The notes below the pieces were generated by a model that made no database searches, was not told where the DNA came from, and worked only from the letters and a program-made list of their open reading frames with translations. Both the position numbers and the translations under genes were made by a program. This document shows positions 13,873-25,209 of a stretch of DNA of 64,000 nucleotides, piece after piece. This DNA comes from Octopus vulgaris (lineage: Eukaryota): assembly GCA_951406725.2 (NCBI GenBank), contig OX597814.1:196850001-196914000 (forward strand). Direction: 5' to 3'. Each line of letters begins with the position of its first letter. Position 1 is the stretch's first letter.

Positions 13873-14171
13873 TGTTGAAGGAGGATCGGTTAATTATGAT
13901 TTTATGCAACATATTCCACCCTCAGATTCATACAACTGCAGCAGTCGCATTTTTCTGAACACTGTAAAAGAAAGCGGAATGTTGAGCCTCCAACTAGGTC
14001 TGTCGTTGCTATTAAGCAAAAATGTCGTAAGTCGTAAGTCTTCTTGCGACTTGTTATGTCGCACGTTCGGATGCCTTCTACTCAACACTACTCTACTCTA
14101 CTCTTCCGACTGCTGCCCTACGTCTTGTATTAGGCTTGCCTACTTCATCGTCTAGGAACGTCCACACAACA
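13873..14171 (-). mobile_element. 3' LTR (~299 bp) of a Gypsy/Ty3 retrotransposon
   Basis: Bounded by TGTTG...CAACA. On the minus strand it is immediately preceded by a polypurine tract (AAAAGGGGGAGG, 14172-14183). Confidence 0.75.
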
Positions 14172-14840
14172 CCTCCCCCTTTTGAGTTTTTTAAATCCAA
14201 ATTTATCAATTTTATTTCTTCGGTGAGAAACTGGCATATCTTCTTCACTTAGCGTTAATTTCCATCATTTCTGTAGGTTTTCTCTTCCTGTTCGACCTAC
14301 GTGTCGGTTCTGCTTTTGCTTGTGGTTCTGGGACCTCGAACACTTTTGCTTGTGGTTCTGGGACCTCGAACACTTTTACTTGTGGTTCTGGGACCTGGAA
14401 CAAATCATGCCATAAATCCATTAGTTCTTCTCGCCTCTCTTGGTTTTTGGTATATCTTTCTCATTTTTATTGGTTTAAATCCCTTCTGTGTTCATATTTT
14501 GGTCCTTTTACCATGTACACCACGTTACACAGACGTCCAGTTATACTTGCTTGTTCCCAGTCCTGTTTTCCGTTACTATATATTTTAAAATACACTTTGT
14601 CACCTATGTTAAAAAATTTCGTATTTCTTCCGGAAGTTTCTATTTTCTGTTTCCTGCTCGGCAACCATTTGTCAAAAATAGAACGAATTTTTCTGGAAAA
14701 CATCAAATTTACGGGTGGCCTACCCGACTCTGCATTTGCATTCGGTGTTATTCTATACACCTGAAAAAACTTTGTCATATTTGTATCTTCAAAGATTTCC
14801 CATCTGGTCTTCCTTAAGACTCTCTTGAATGTATCGACGA
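14172..14840 (-). pseudogene. Gypsy integrase C-terminal remnant plus PPT
   Basis: ORF 14467-14778: FFQVYRITPN...GRPPVNLMFSRKIRSIFD...FNIGDKVYFKIY...W...ITGRLCNVVYMV is the Gypsy integrase YRxTP/GPF-Y C-terminal module. Confidence 0.8.
14312..14401. repeat. 3 x 30-bp tandem repeat (CTTTTGCTTGTGGTTCTGGGACCTCGAACA) inside the Gypsy remnant
   Basis: Directly visible. The unit length is a multiple of 3. Confidence 0.9.
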
Positions 14841-14891
14841 ATATTTCCGCTAACCCATATAAATATATACATACATATATATATATACATA

Positions 14892-15300
14892 CGTGGCTGT
14901 GTGTTAAAAAGCTTGCTTCCCAACCACATGGTTCCAGATTGTTCTACTTTGGGCCTGGCACCTTGGGCAAGTGCCTTCTACTATAACCTCGGGCCGAATA
15001 AAGCCTTGTGAATGGATTTGGTAGACGGAAACTGAAAGAAGCCTGTCTTATATATGTGTGTGTGTGTCTGTCTGTGTGTATTTGTGCGCTTCTGTCTGAG
15101 TTTGTCCCTGCACCATTGCTTGACGGCCGATGCTGGTGTGTTTATGTCCCTGTGATTTAGCGGTTCGGCCAAAGAGACCGATAGAATAAATACCAGGCGT
15201 ACATGCAATAAGTCCAGGGGTCGATTTCTTCGACTAATAAATAGCAGTGCTCCAGTATGGCTACAGTCAAAATGACGGAAGCAAGTAAAATAATAAACGA
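14892..15300 (+). mobile_element. diverged SINE A copy
   Basis: GTGGCTGTGTG...GGATTTGGTAGACGGAAACTGAAAGAAGCC...CAAGTAAAA. Confidence 0.85.
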
Positions 15301-16195
15301 ATACGGATAAGCACAATAAAAGGGATCCGTGGGGGAAAATTCATTTAATTAAAAAGGGGTCTTTGAAAGTGAAAAGTTTTCGAACCATTGGCATAGTACA
15401 TGCTGATACCTTGTAACCTGCGATTACGACTGACAGCCATAGTTAACTGTTCCGTGCAGTATTTATCGATTCCTTTATATAAGATTCTACACTTTGTATA
15501 TAGAATACCGTTCCAACTAGTGATAAGAGTGTATGATGTGCCAGGAATAAATAAGAAAACTTGATTCCTTACAGAGACTTCACACAACTCGTTCCATTTT
15601 CCTTGTCAGGAATTGCTTTTCAACATTTGTTTATCTGCGTACCTGGATGTTCCCTCATGGGATTCTATTAATGATTCTATGAAGCACATCTTGTCCTGTT
15701 TTGTTGAATATATACTTGCATTCATCACATATCCAGACACTGGAACTATTCTTTAGGTTATCGTTTTCACTAGATTTCTGTTCAATTGTACACAACCAAT
15801 TTCAATAGAATTTCCATTTGAATTTCTAATGAAATTTCTTGTAGCAATTTTACTTTGTTTTATTTCTTCCCTTGTCCACAACCAATAAAATTGTAGTCCA
15901 TGTAGTACAGTATACAACTCACTGCCCGGGAATCGAAACCACAACCATATGAACGTGAGCGTAATACCTATTTCTTTATTACCCACAAGGGGCTAAACAC
16001 AGGGAGGACAAACAAGGACAGACAAACGGATTAAGTCGATTATATTGACCCCAGTGCGTAACTGGTACTGATTTTGGAAGCAAGACACTATGTTATTTAT
16101 AATGGTGCCTTTATTGTTTTCGTTGCTTGTATTTTAATAGAGGCAATCTCAGAACACCCTTGATAGCATAATACTCTATTCTATATATTTTAGGT

Positions 16196-16406
16196 GAGGA
16201 ATTATGTACATGATTTACAATGGACGGATAGGAGTCCTCAACTTATTTGCTGTTATCACTTCATTTCGGCTGATGTACTCTTTAGCCTACATCCCCACCA
16301 GAACACCTGATGAAGGCTGGAGAGAACATCAGCCGAAACGTTGTGGTAACAACAAACCAGGTGAGGACACCTATCCGTCCATTGTAAATAATGAGCATAA
16401 TACTCC
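16196..16406. repeat. ~98-bp imperfect inverted repeat carrying a hammerhead motif (Penelope pLTR-like)
   Basis: 16196-16293 is the reverse complement of about 16309-16406 (e.g. ATTTACAATGGACGGATAGG versus CCTATCCGTCCATTGTAAAT). Confidence 0.85.
16302..16347 (+). ncRNA. minimal type I hammerhead ribozyme motif
   Basis: AACAC-CUGAUGA-A-GGCUG(loop)CAGCC-GAAAC-GUU-GUGGU: intact core, 5-bp stem II, palindromic AACGUU stem III. Confidence 0.7.
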
Positions 16407-16640
16407 TCTGTATCATATCAGCGTCGTTACCCCCAGTCTCGAGTCCAAGACCTTATAGTGACGGTTATCCGTATAAGTGACCGAGGTCACTACGTTCTTT
16501 CGGACCAGGACGCCAGTCAATCCATCGTATGATTACTCATTTATAACCGAGTTGAAATGAAGTGTTAACATAAAAAAGAGAGTATACAATTCACTGCCCG
16601 GGAATCGAAACCACAACCATATGAGCGAGAGTGTAATACC

Positions 16641-17061
16641 TATTTCTTTGCTACCCACAAGGGGCTAAACACAGAGAGGACAAACAAGGACAGACAAACG
16701 GATTAAGTCGATTATATCGACCCCAGTGCGTAACTGGTACTTATTTATTTAATCGACCCCGAAAGAATGAAAAGTAAAGTCGACCTCGGCAGAATTTGAA
16801 CTCAGAACGTAGTGGCAGACGAAATACCTATTTCTTTACTACCCACAAGAGGCTAAACACAGAGAAGACAAACAAGGACAGACAAATGGATTAAATCGAT
16901 TAGATCGACCTCAGTGCGTAACTGGTACTTATTTAATCGACCCCGAAAGGATGAAAATCAAAGTCGACCTCGGCGGAATTTGAACGCAGAACGTAGCGGC
17001 AGACGAAATACTGCTAAGCATTTCGCCCGGCGTGCTAACGTTTCTGCCAGCTCGTCGCCTT
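16641..17061 (-). mobile_element. SINE B head-to-tail dimer inserted in another tRNA-SINE head
   Basis: Two family B units joined at GAAATACCTATTTC. TSD GAGTGTAATACC at about 16629 and 17062. Confidence 0.88.
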
Positions 17062-18070
17062 GAGTGTAATACCGTAACAACTAGGCCACGATCCCTCTCC
17101 GTTTCACGGCCTGTGCTACATTGCCATTCATGCTAATATAATTATAATATCCTAAGCAGACGATATCAATGAACAAGCTATAAATTTTATGCCACTTCTA
17201 TCTCATGTGCAGAACATCTTGTGACTGATTTTATTTTCATACTTTCCCTCTAAACGCTGCAATCCGTACTATACTGAAATACAATACAACCAGAAATTTA
17301 TTGCATCTTTGCAGTAATTATTTAGTAATTCATTTAACTGAAATACACCGGCTTGAATATGCTTCCCTGTGTTTCTCGTATCTACTCTTGTCATCTCTTT
17401 CAACAAACTATTCTGTTACTTTGTTACATACACGCATACACATACACATTCGTTAAACACAAACAACCCACTCGTGATGTACCACGTGATAGGTTTTCTA
17501 GTAACTATAGAAACGAAGCTTCAGCAAGTTGTGATTTAAATTCCGACTGACTTTCTGTATGGTGCTTTATTCTGTTAAGAATTTTCGGATTTAGTACCAA
17601 ACAAAGAATGCTTGATATTTGTCTCTGGTTCTTATCTCACACATTCCTCTGCTCTGCAGGGCTCTTCATGCTCCTACATAACATTATCGCCGCCTTTGTG
17701 GAAATCATGTACAAAATAGGTCACGTGGTATTATCCTGTGAGAAAAGTTTTCTGATTTGAGAATTTCAATACTTCGGTGATGAACGATCCACTAATGAAT
17801 AGTATGATATTATTAGGCAGACTAGTAGCCAAATGTAGCTTCATTAATACTGAAAGTAGTTTTAACACGTATTGATTCCTGTTACAAACCAATATCTTTT
17901 TTCGTTTGTTATGAAAGTCTCATAGATGCCCTTGAAATTCATATTAAATTCTGCAAGTCTGAATTTCTATCGCAGCCCCTCAACTGTTTTAAGTATCCAT
18001 GCTAGTAGGCCTTCCCTTGAGGCAATGATAACTCCAGTGACCATTTAACTGCATGGTATATATTTATATA

Positions 18071-19345
18071 CAGAGGTTGGACAAAATAATGAAATACCTA
18101 GCATCATAGCATCATAATTTTGAAATATTTATAAAACCGTCAAAAGCTTGTTTTTTTATGTTTTCTTAAATTTATTATTAGTATTGCTTAATATGGTTTG
18201 CTAAAATTGCTCTTTCTTTTCAGATATCATCAGAAAAAGGTAGTTAAAATTCAATAAAATGACAGATCTATCGAACTTTAAAATTGGTCAAATTGTTGGT
18301 GCTCGTATGGCAGGTGCTTGCGTAACGATAACAGCCAAAATGTTTAGTGCAGCAAGAAGCACTGTCTCGAAAGTAATGACAGCCTTTCAGAAAGAGGGAA
18401 GAACCTCCTCGTCGAAACAAAACTCCGGAAGAAAACCAAAACTTTCAAATAGGGACCGTGGGACTGTTATGCGAATTGTTAGAAAGGATCACAAAAGTAC
18501 AGCTCCTAAAATTACAGCAGAGCTTAATGACCATCTCGAGAACCCAGTTTCCACAAAAACTGTTCTCTGGGAGCTGCACAAAGCTGGATTTCACGGGAAG
18601 GCTGAAAGCAGAAAACCACTACTTTCAAAAACAATTGTTGCAAAGTGTTCAGAGTGGAGTAAAATCCTACAGAATTAATCACTAGAGCAGTGGGAAAATA
18701 TTATATTCATAGACGAGCCATCCTTTACCTTTTTTCCGACCACCGGCCAAATATACATGTGGAGACAGCCAAAAGAAGCATTTGACTCAGATACCTTCTT
18801 CCAACTGTTAAACAGAGAGGAGGATCTGTGATGATCTGGGGAGGGGGAGCTATGTCTTGGAAATACCCCGGGCCAATGGTTTCCCTTCATAGCAGAATTA
18901 ATAGTCAAGACAAATTAAGCAATTTATCCGATCAAATTCATCATATGGTTGCAGAACTGTTTCCGGGGGTAAGCGCAATCTTTCAGGATGATAATGCACC
19001 AATTCACGCAGGTAAAGTTGTTACTGAATGGTACGAGGAACATTCTAGTGAAGTTGAACATCTTATCTGGCGACCACAGTCACCAGATCTCAATATTATT
19101 GAACATTTATAGCGCATTTTAGAAAAACAAGTAAGGAGTCAATATCCTCCATCTTCATCACTACAAGAACTGGAGACTGTCTTAGCTGAAGAATGGACAA
19201 AAATTCCTTTGGAAACAATTCAAACTTTGTACCAGTCCATACCTCATAGCATTCAAGCTGTAATTACTACCAAAGGCGGACCTACCCCATATTAAAATAA
19301 ATTTGTTTGAAATTTTAAGGTATTTCCATTATCTTGACCAATCTC

Positions 19346-19349
<4 letters not shown>
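18071..19349 (+). mobile_element. full-length Tc1-like DNA transposon (~1.28 kb), DD36E type
   Basis: TA-flanked imperfect TIRs: CAGAGGTTGGACAAAATAATGAAATACCT and AGGTATTTCCATTATCTTGACCAATCTCTCTG. Contains a transposase pseudogene. Confidence 0.93.
18259..19295 (+). pseudogene. Tc1-family transposase pseudogene (~345 codons; stops at 18676 and 19110, frameshift near 18800-18850)
   Basis: Paired-like HTH (MTDLSNFKIGQIVG...SGRKPKLS), IIFIDE, VMIWG, FQDDNAPIH, SPDLNIIE and terminal GGPTPY*. Confidence 0.92.
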
Positions 19350-19392
<43 letters not shown>

Positions 19393-19442
19393 CATTTAAC
19401 AACATGCTCTCTCTCTATATATATATGTGTATATATATGTAT

Positions 19443-19520
<78 letters not shown>

Positions 19521-20059
19521 TGGCTGGCTCCTGCTCCTGCGAAGAGCACCTTTGAGGTCTCCAGGGATCTCTTTTCCATGTTCCTCTTCTTTTTTTCATT
19601 TTATTCTGACGATGAAAATTTGCGACACTTTCACGGAGTTATATGTGCTTCGAAACTCACTGTAGTAATTAATTCACTTCATATTCTTAGACTTGAACCT
19701 CCATTCGTACTAGGCAAGTGAAATGTATGACTATGATAGCTATCATAATTTTTTCATCACTTCATTTCCGAAAACAAATTAAATAATGAGATTGAGATAA
19801 AATGAATAGAATACATTTCATTTCAATTTCATTCTATATTCTATTACAAATCTTTAGTGGGATACTGTAACCGGAACAGAAAGATTATTAATTCTGCAAC
19901 GAAGGAAGACATTGTGACGGCGGATTTCCAAGATATATCCCCCCAGATCATCACAGACATAGGTTTCATAAACTACAAAGTATACATTTCCACACTACCA
20001 CACTTGAAACGTACCTGTTATAACTCTTTATCTCGATTTGAAAGTCCGTGAAGGTATTT

Positions 20060-20476
20060 AGAATGCCCAAACTTATTTCTGCAAATATGCTAAGCACTGA
20101 TGCTGATCATAGTTTAATCAATAAGCTGAGAAGCGAGGTAAATGCAGTTAAAATAAGGGGTCAGTGGGGGTCCCATTTAAGCGGCTCTTTAGTGTCTTGC
20201 GAAACTCCCAGGGAGTTCATGATATGAAATTCATTGTCATCGCTCCGATTTGGTCTCCAATATCATGTATTTAGTTTAAAATGCAGTAAAAATAGAGGGG
20301 TCTGTGGGGTCCTACTTAGGCGGATCTCGAGAAAAATAGACACCCTTAGGACATTCCCTGGGATTAAGGGAGTTGGTGGTTTGTGTTTTGTTTTCCTTTC
20401 ACCAGCGGTCTAGTAGGAGTTAACGAACATAAAGACACAATGGACAGAGAAACATCACTCAAATTTATTTAAAGAT
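20060..20476 (+). mobile_element. probable Helentron-associated/DINE-like non-autonomous element remnant
   Basis: Internal ~140-bp duplication (AAATGCAGT.AAAATA.GGGGTC.GTGGGG) and a 3' end ...GGACAGAGAAAC...TTTATTTAAAGAT resembling HINE ends. Confidence 0.4.
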
Positions 20477-20497
20477 ACATACATACATATATATATG

Positions 20498-20550
<53 letters not shown>

Positions 20551-20654
20551 GTGTGTGTGTGTCTGTGTGTCTGTGTCTGTGTGTCTGTGTCTGTGTCTGT
20601 GTGTATGTAGGTATGTATATATATATATATATTATAAGTGTGTGTATGTGTTTG

Positions 20655-21020
20655 TGTGAAGGCGCATGGTTTAGTGGTTAAGGTATTCGGCTCACAATCG
20701 CGAAATCGTGAGTTCAATTCCTGGCGACGTGTTTCTGTCCTTGAGCACTTGAGCAAAGCACTTTATTTCATGTGTCTCCAGTCTACTCAGCTGGCAAAAT
20801 CGAATTGTCCCTGTATTTCAAAAGGTCACCAATTTTAACGAATGGAAGGGAGTCGATTAGATCGACCGCAGTGTTCAACTAATACTTATTTTATCGACTC
20901 CAAAAGGATGAAAGGCAAAGTCGACCTCAGCGGAATTTGACCACAGAAACTCGCAACGGACGAAATGCCGCTAAGCCTTTTTATTCTGGATTGCTCACGA
21001 TTCTGCCAGATCGCCGCCTT
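20655..21020. mobile_element. SINE C-type head (+, 20655-20830) abutting SINE B (-, 20850-21020)
   Basis: GGCGCATGGTTTAGTGGTTAAGG...GAGTTCAATTCC, then the reverse complement of family B. Confidence 0.75.
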
Positions 21021-21157
21021 AATTCCCAAGTAATATTGAAAAGGAAATGTACTCTAGGCTTATGTTGTCATTTTAGAGGACGATTTTTCTTTATTCAAAT
21101 AAATATGAACTGAGTTGTTCCTCATATTTGCTGCTCTAGTATGTATTACATAGAAAT

Positions 21158-21561
21158 GTACAGGACGAGTTATTACACCTGTAAAAGTATAGGACAAGCT
21201 ATTACTTCTTGTAAAGTAAAGAATAAAAAACTTTTCTCTTGAAATATTGCAGCAAAGAATGCCAGTTCTTCTAATTTATCACTCTTTACATTTCTCATCT
21301 TTTAAATTTATTGTACAAAACTGTTCAGCTAATTTGTAAGTTTGTCTAATTAGTCACTTTTTTTCTGTATTTAAAGAAGTAAATCAGCCAAATTCTACTT
21401 AAATAAGTAAAGTGCTATTTGTAAACTATAATAAAATAATGTTTAATATTGAGATTTTAATTTAAGCTGCAATATTGTAAGCAAAACGTTTCTAATTCTT
21501 TTCTTTACTAGAAGTAATAGCTTGTCCTATACTTTTACAGGTGTAATAACTTGTCCTGTAC
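21158..21561. mobile_element. MITE (~400 bp) with long terminal inverted repeats
   Basis: GTACAGGACGAGTTATTACACCTGTAAAAGTATAGGACAAGCTATTACTTCTTGTAAAG matches the reverse complement of 21503-21561 (59 bp, 2 mismatches), extending imperfectly to about 95 bp. Confidence 0.85.
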
Positions 21562-21693
21562 TCTTCCAGGTTTATAATCTTAAGAATATGACATTTCCTG
21601 CTCGCATTTTCCATGTAATCCATGATTTTTCCAGGCATTGCTGTTATAAGATAATACCTTAGGAATGACAGCCCATGTTCGAAATTTCCCCAA

Positions 21694-21743
21694 GACACCT
21701 GAAGAAGGCTGGGGGGGGGGTATATCAGCCGAAACGTTGTGTT
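21694..21743 (+). ncRNA. minimal hammerhead ribozyme motif, same family as 16302
   Basis: GACAC-CUGAAGA-A-GGCUG...CAGCC-GAAAC-GUU-GUGUU. Stem I is GACAC/GUGUU. The downstream 60 bp is homologous to 16348-16400. Confidence 0.72.
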
Positions 21744-22469
21744 AACAACAAACAAGATGAGGACAAATATCCGTCGAATGTCAATAATGTAAATAACATT
21801 AAAAAATTGTGTTAATTGAAGATGAATACGTTACTGCTCCCCTTAGGGGTCACAAATATTTTGATGTAATTTTTTTTTCCTACTGAACCAAATCTCAGAC
21901 TATTTATGCCAAAGTGTAGCTGAGGGAGTGTCCTCTTGAAAACTATTAACAGTTTCCAATCTAGTGGTGAAGCTTGGAAGCTGATGCCATTAACGAAATG
22001 GTGGCCTTAAGCATATATTCAACCACTGCCGTGGTTGAATGATATTATATTTGCTCTCCATCAACATCTTTATTGTACGTCAATTTTCACAACGTTATTA
22101 ATTTAATTGTAAGATTTTAATTGCTGAAATTTTCAAAATTTTAATTACTTTATCGCTTGTTCATCTATTCCCAAGTTAATATATTTTATTTTGCGCCTAA
22201 GGAACAAGTTGTCTTAAAAACCTTTAATGTAACTATAATTTGCGCTATTATAACATCTAAAGATATTTTATTACCTAGGTTTATTATTTGTTTTTACATT
22301 TCCCATTGATCCCAAATTATATATACCAGACACATTTTGCAAAATATATGTTGAATAGATTCTTGAATGAAGGAGAGATCTAGAAGAGTTGGAGATGTCT
22401 TCTTCGTGTTAGGGGAATGTCAGTATGTATATAAATATGTGTGTGTGGAATGGGGGGTGATATATACAC

Positions 22470-22600
22470 AGTAGCACCTCGCAGTACGAGTGTCTCATTG
22501 TACGAGTAATTTGCTGTACGAGCCGACACTTGTGAGAATTTTGTCTTGAAATACGAGCGGAAATCCGCAGTACAAGGGCAAAAACCGTCATATCTTTAAG
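22470..22600. mobile_element. Tigger/pogo-like transposon terminus
   Basis: CAGTAGCACCTCGCAGTACGAG with repeated TACGAG subterminal motifs next to a TA run. Confidence 0.55.
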
Positions 22601-22659
22601 GCAATTCAGTTAATAAAACCAACTTACATATTTCTATTTACATATAATATGTTAATATA

Positions 22660-22731
<72 letters not shown>

Positions 22732-22771
22732 ATATACTATAATATAAATATAATATAATATCATTATATAT

Positions 22772-22880
22772 GTGGAGGCGCGTGGCTTAGTGGTTAGGGT
22801 GTCAGCACCATGATCGTAAGGTTGTGGTTTCGAGTCCTGGACCGGGCGACGCGTTGTGTTCTTGAGCAAAACACTTCATT
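22772..22880 (+). mobile_element. SINE C-type tRNA head
   Basis: GGAGGCGCGTGGCTTAGTGGTTAGGG...GGTTTCGAGTCC...GTTCTTGAGCAAAACACTT. Confidence 0.75.
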
Positions 22881-23302
22881 TGACGTCAATCCCTACCTCC
22901 TTTCCTAAGTGACACGTGAAACAATTTAACGAAGGCTTGGCTAAACAAAAAGCTATTTTGTCTTCACTGATTTCAGTCCTGGACATCACAGACCTCTTTC
23001 ACTATAGCAGCCAAACAGATGAAGATTACCTGCTCCTCTCGACTGATTGAAGGCAGCAAGGAGTCGGTTGATAAACGGATCCATCCTCTCCACAACAGTT
23101 ACCGTTCGACAAAACTGCTCAGAATTCTATAATCTTCTAGAGCTTGCTAAGCAGATTTGTTCTGCACATATTTCGGATAGTCTCTGCAGGTGGTACTTAC
23201 GTACCGGATGGGCTATTCTCGAACTCGCCATGACCCTTGGTAGCATTGTCAGGCCATGAAATTCTAGAGGATATCTATAATTCCTGGGCCACAACCAGAA
23301 CT

Positions 23303-23335
<33 letters not shown>

Positions 23336-23557
23336 AGAGAGAGAGAGACGTCAAACTTTCCTCAACACTACTGAACGCCGAGGTGGAAGCGCCACGAAGT
23401 AACTTCATCGTCTAGTAGACGGCTGCAGAAACTTGACAATATTCCTGATTTTGATCTGACTAACCACTTTTCTAGCCCCAGTTCCTATCCATCTGCAAGC
23501 CCGCCAAGCAACACGATTCCATTATGTAAGACTTCTTTATGGTGGTATAGATTTGCC

Positions 23558-23787
23558 GCGGCGAGCTAGCAGAATCGTTAGCACGCCGGGCGAAATTCTT
23601 AGCAGTATTCCCTCTCCCGATACGTTCTGAGTTCAAATTCCGCCGAGGTCGACTTTGCCTTTCATCCTTTCGGGGTCGATTAAATAAGTACCAGTTACGC
23701 ACTGAGGTCGATATAATCGACTTAATCCGTTTGTCTGTCCTTGTTTGTCCCCTCTGTGTTTAGCCCCTTATGGGTAGTAAAGAAATA
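23558..23787 (+). mobile_element. SINE B with TSD GGTATAGATTTGCC
   Basis: TSD at 23544 and 23788. Confidence 0.9.
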
Positions 23788-23994
23788 GGTATAGATTTGC
23801 CTCTTCAGGTGGCGAGCATTGATCCCACTGTTTTCTTTTCTTCTAATAATGGATCGTAAGCCAAAACCTCAAAGTTACTGTCATACATTTCCTTGGAAAT
23901 ATTAATAAATACACCATATTAAAAGTACTAAGCTTTCGATTTACAGTCAATTCGTATAGATATATGCATAAATACACCACGCGCATACCTACGA

Positions 23995-24047
<53 letters not shown>

Positions 24048-24219
24048 ACTTATCATAAAGTCACACAATAATGTATGCAAGTATGTACATATATACGCAT
24101 GCGTATATGTATGAACGTATGTATGAATGTATATATGAAAGTGACTAAATAAGACACAAAGTAAATAATGGCATCACATTTTGGCATCAGGTCAGCAGTT
24201 TCCAAGGACGGTATAAGTA

Positions 24220-24428
24220 AATTCCGTCGACCGCAGTGTTCAACTAGTACTTATTTTATCGACCACAATACAATGAAATGCAAAGTTGATCTCGGCGGAA
24301 TTTGAACTCAAAACGTAAAGACGGACGAAATAACGTAAGGCATTTTTGGTCAGCGTGCTAACGTTTCTGCCAGCTTGCCGTCTTATAAGTAAGTAAATAA
24401 CAAAATATGTACACACGTACGTACGTAC

Positions 24429-24459
<31 letters not shown>

Positions 24460-24777
24460 TGTATATATGTATGTATGCATGCATGTATGTATATATATAG
24501 GTATGTATGTGTGTATGTATGTATGTAGACGCGATCGATAAATAGGAAAAAATCAGAATGCTATATTCTTTTCTACTCTAGGCACAGGGAACGATAGTTT
24601 TGGGGAGGGGGCCAGTCTATTAGGTCGACCTCAGTACCCAACTAGTACTTAATTTATCGAAAGAATGAAAGGCAAAGTCGCTCTCGGCGGAATTTGAACT
24701 CAAAATGTAAAAGACAGATAAAATGCCGCTAAGCACTTCACGAGGCGTGCTAACGTTTCTGCCAGCTCGCAGCCTTA
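24220..24777 (-). mobile_element. two SINE B copies (24220-24385, 24568-24777) separated by a (TATG)n spacer
   Basis: Reverse complement of the family B head and body. The second has the alternative GCCTAGAGTAGAAAAGA tail. Confidence 0.8.
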
Positions 24778-24779
24778 CG

Positions 24780-25187
24780 CTTTTACTCTTTTATTTGTTT
24801 CAGTCATTTGACTGCGGCCATGCTGGAGCACCGCCTTTAGTCGAGCAAATCGACCCCGGGACTTATTCTTTGTAAGCCCAGTACTTATTCTATCGGTCTC
24901 TTTTGCCGAACCGCTAAGTGACGGGGACGTAAACACACCAGCATCGGTTGTCAAGCATTGTTAGGGGGACAAACAGACACACAAACACATACACACACAC
25001 ACATATATATATATACATATATACGACAGGCTTTTTTCAGTTTCCGTCTACCAAATCCACTCACAAGGCATTGGACGGCCCGGGGCTATAGCAGAAGACA
25101 CTTGCCCAAGATGCCACGCAGTGGGACTGAACCCGGAACCATGTGGTTGGTTAGCAAGCTATTTACCACACAGCCACTCCTGCGCCT
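24780..25187 (-). mobile_element. SINE A, full-length young copy
   Basis: Near-identical to 12645-13054. Confidence 0.9.
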
Positions 25188-25209
25188 TATAGGTAAATAA
25201 ATAACAAAA

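Noticed and set aside
19600-19672. CTGACGA...GAAAC...GTA hammerhead-like motif; similar partial motifs at 205-255, 2000-2040, 9660-9705 and 50912-50985
   Set aside because: Stem I or stem II pairing is poor, or the core is too mutated to support a call by eye.
22880-23900. Possible decayed L1/Tx1-like ORF2 on the minus strand
   Set aside because: Only faint motif resemblance (KFDVSL, LEKWLVR), too degraded to call without a profile search.
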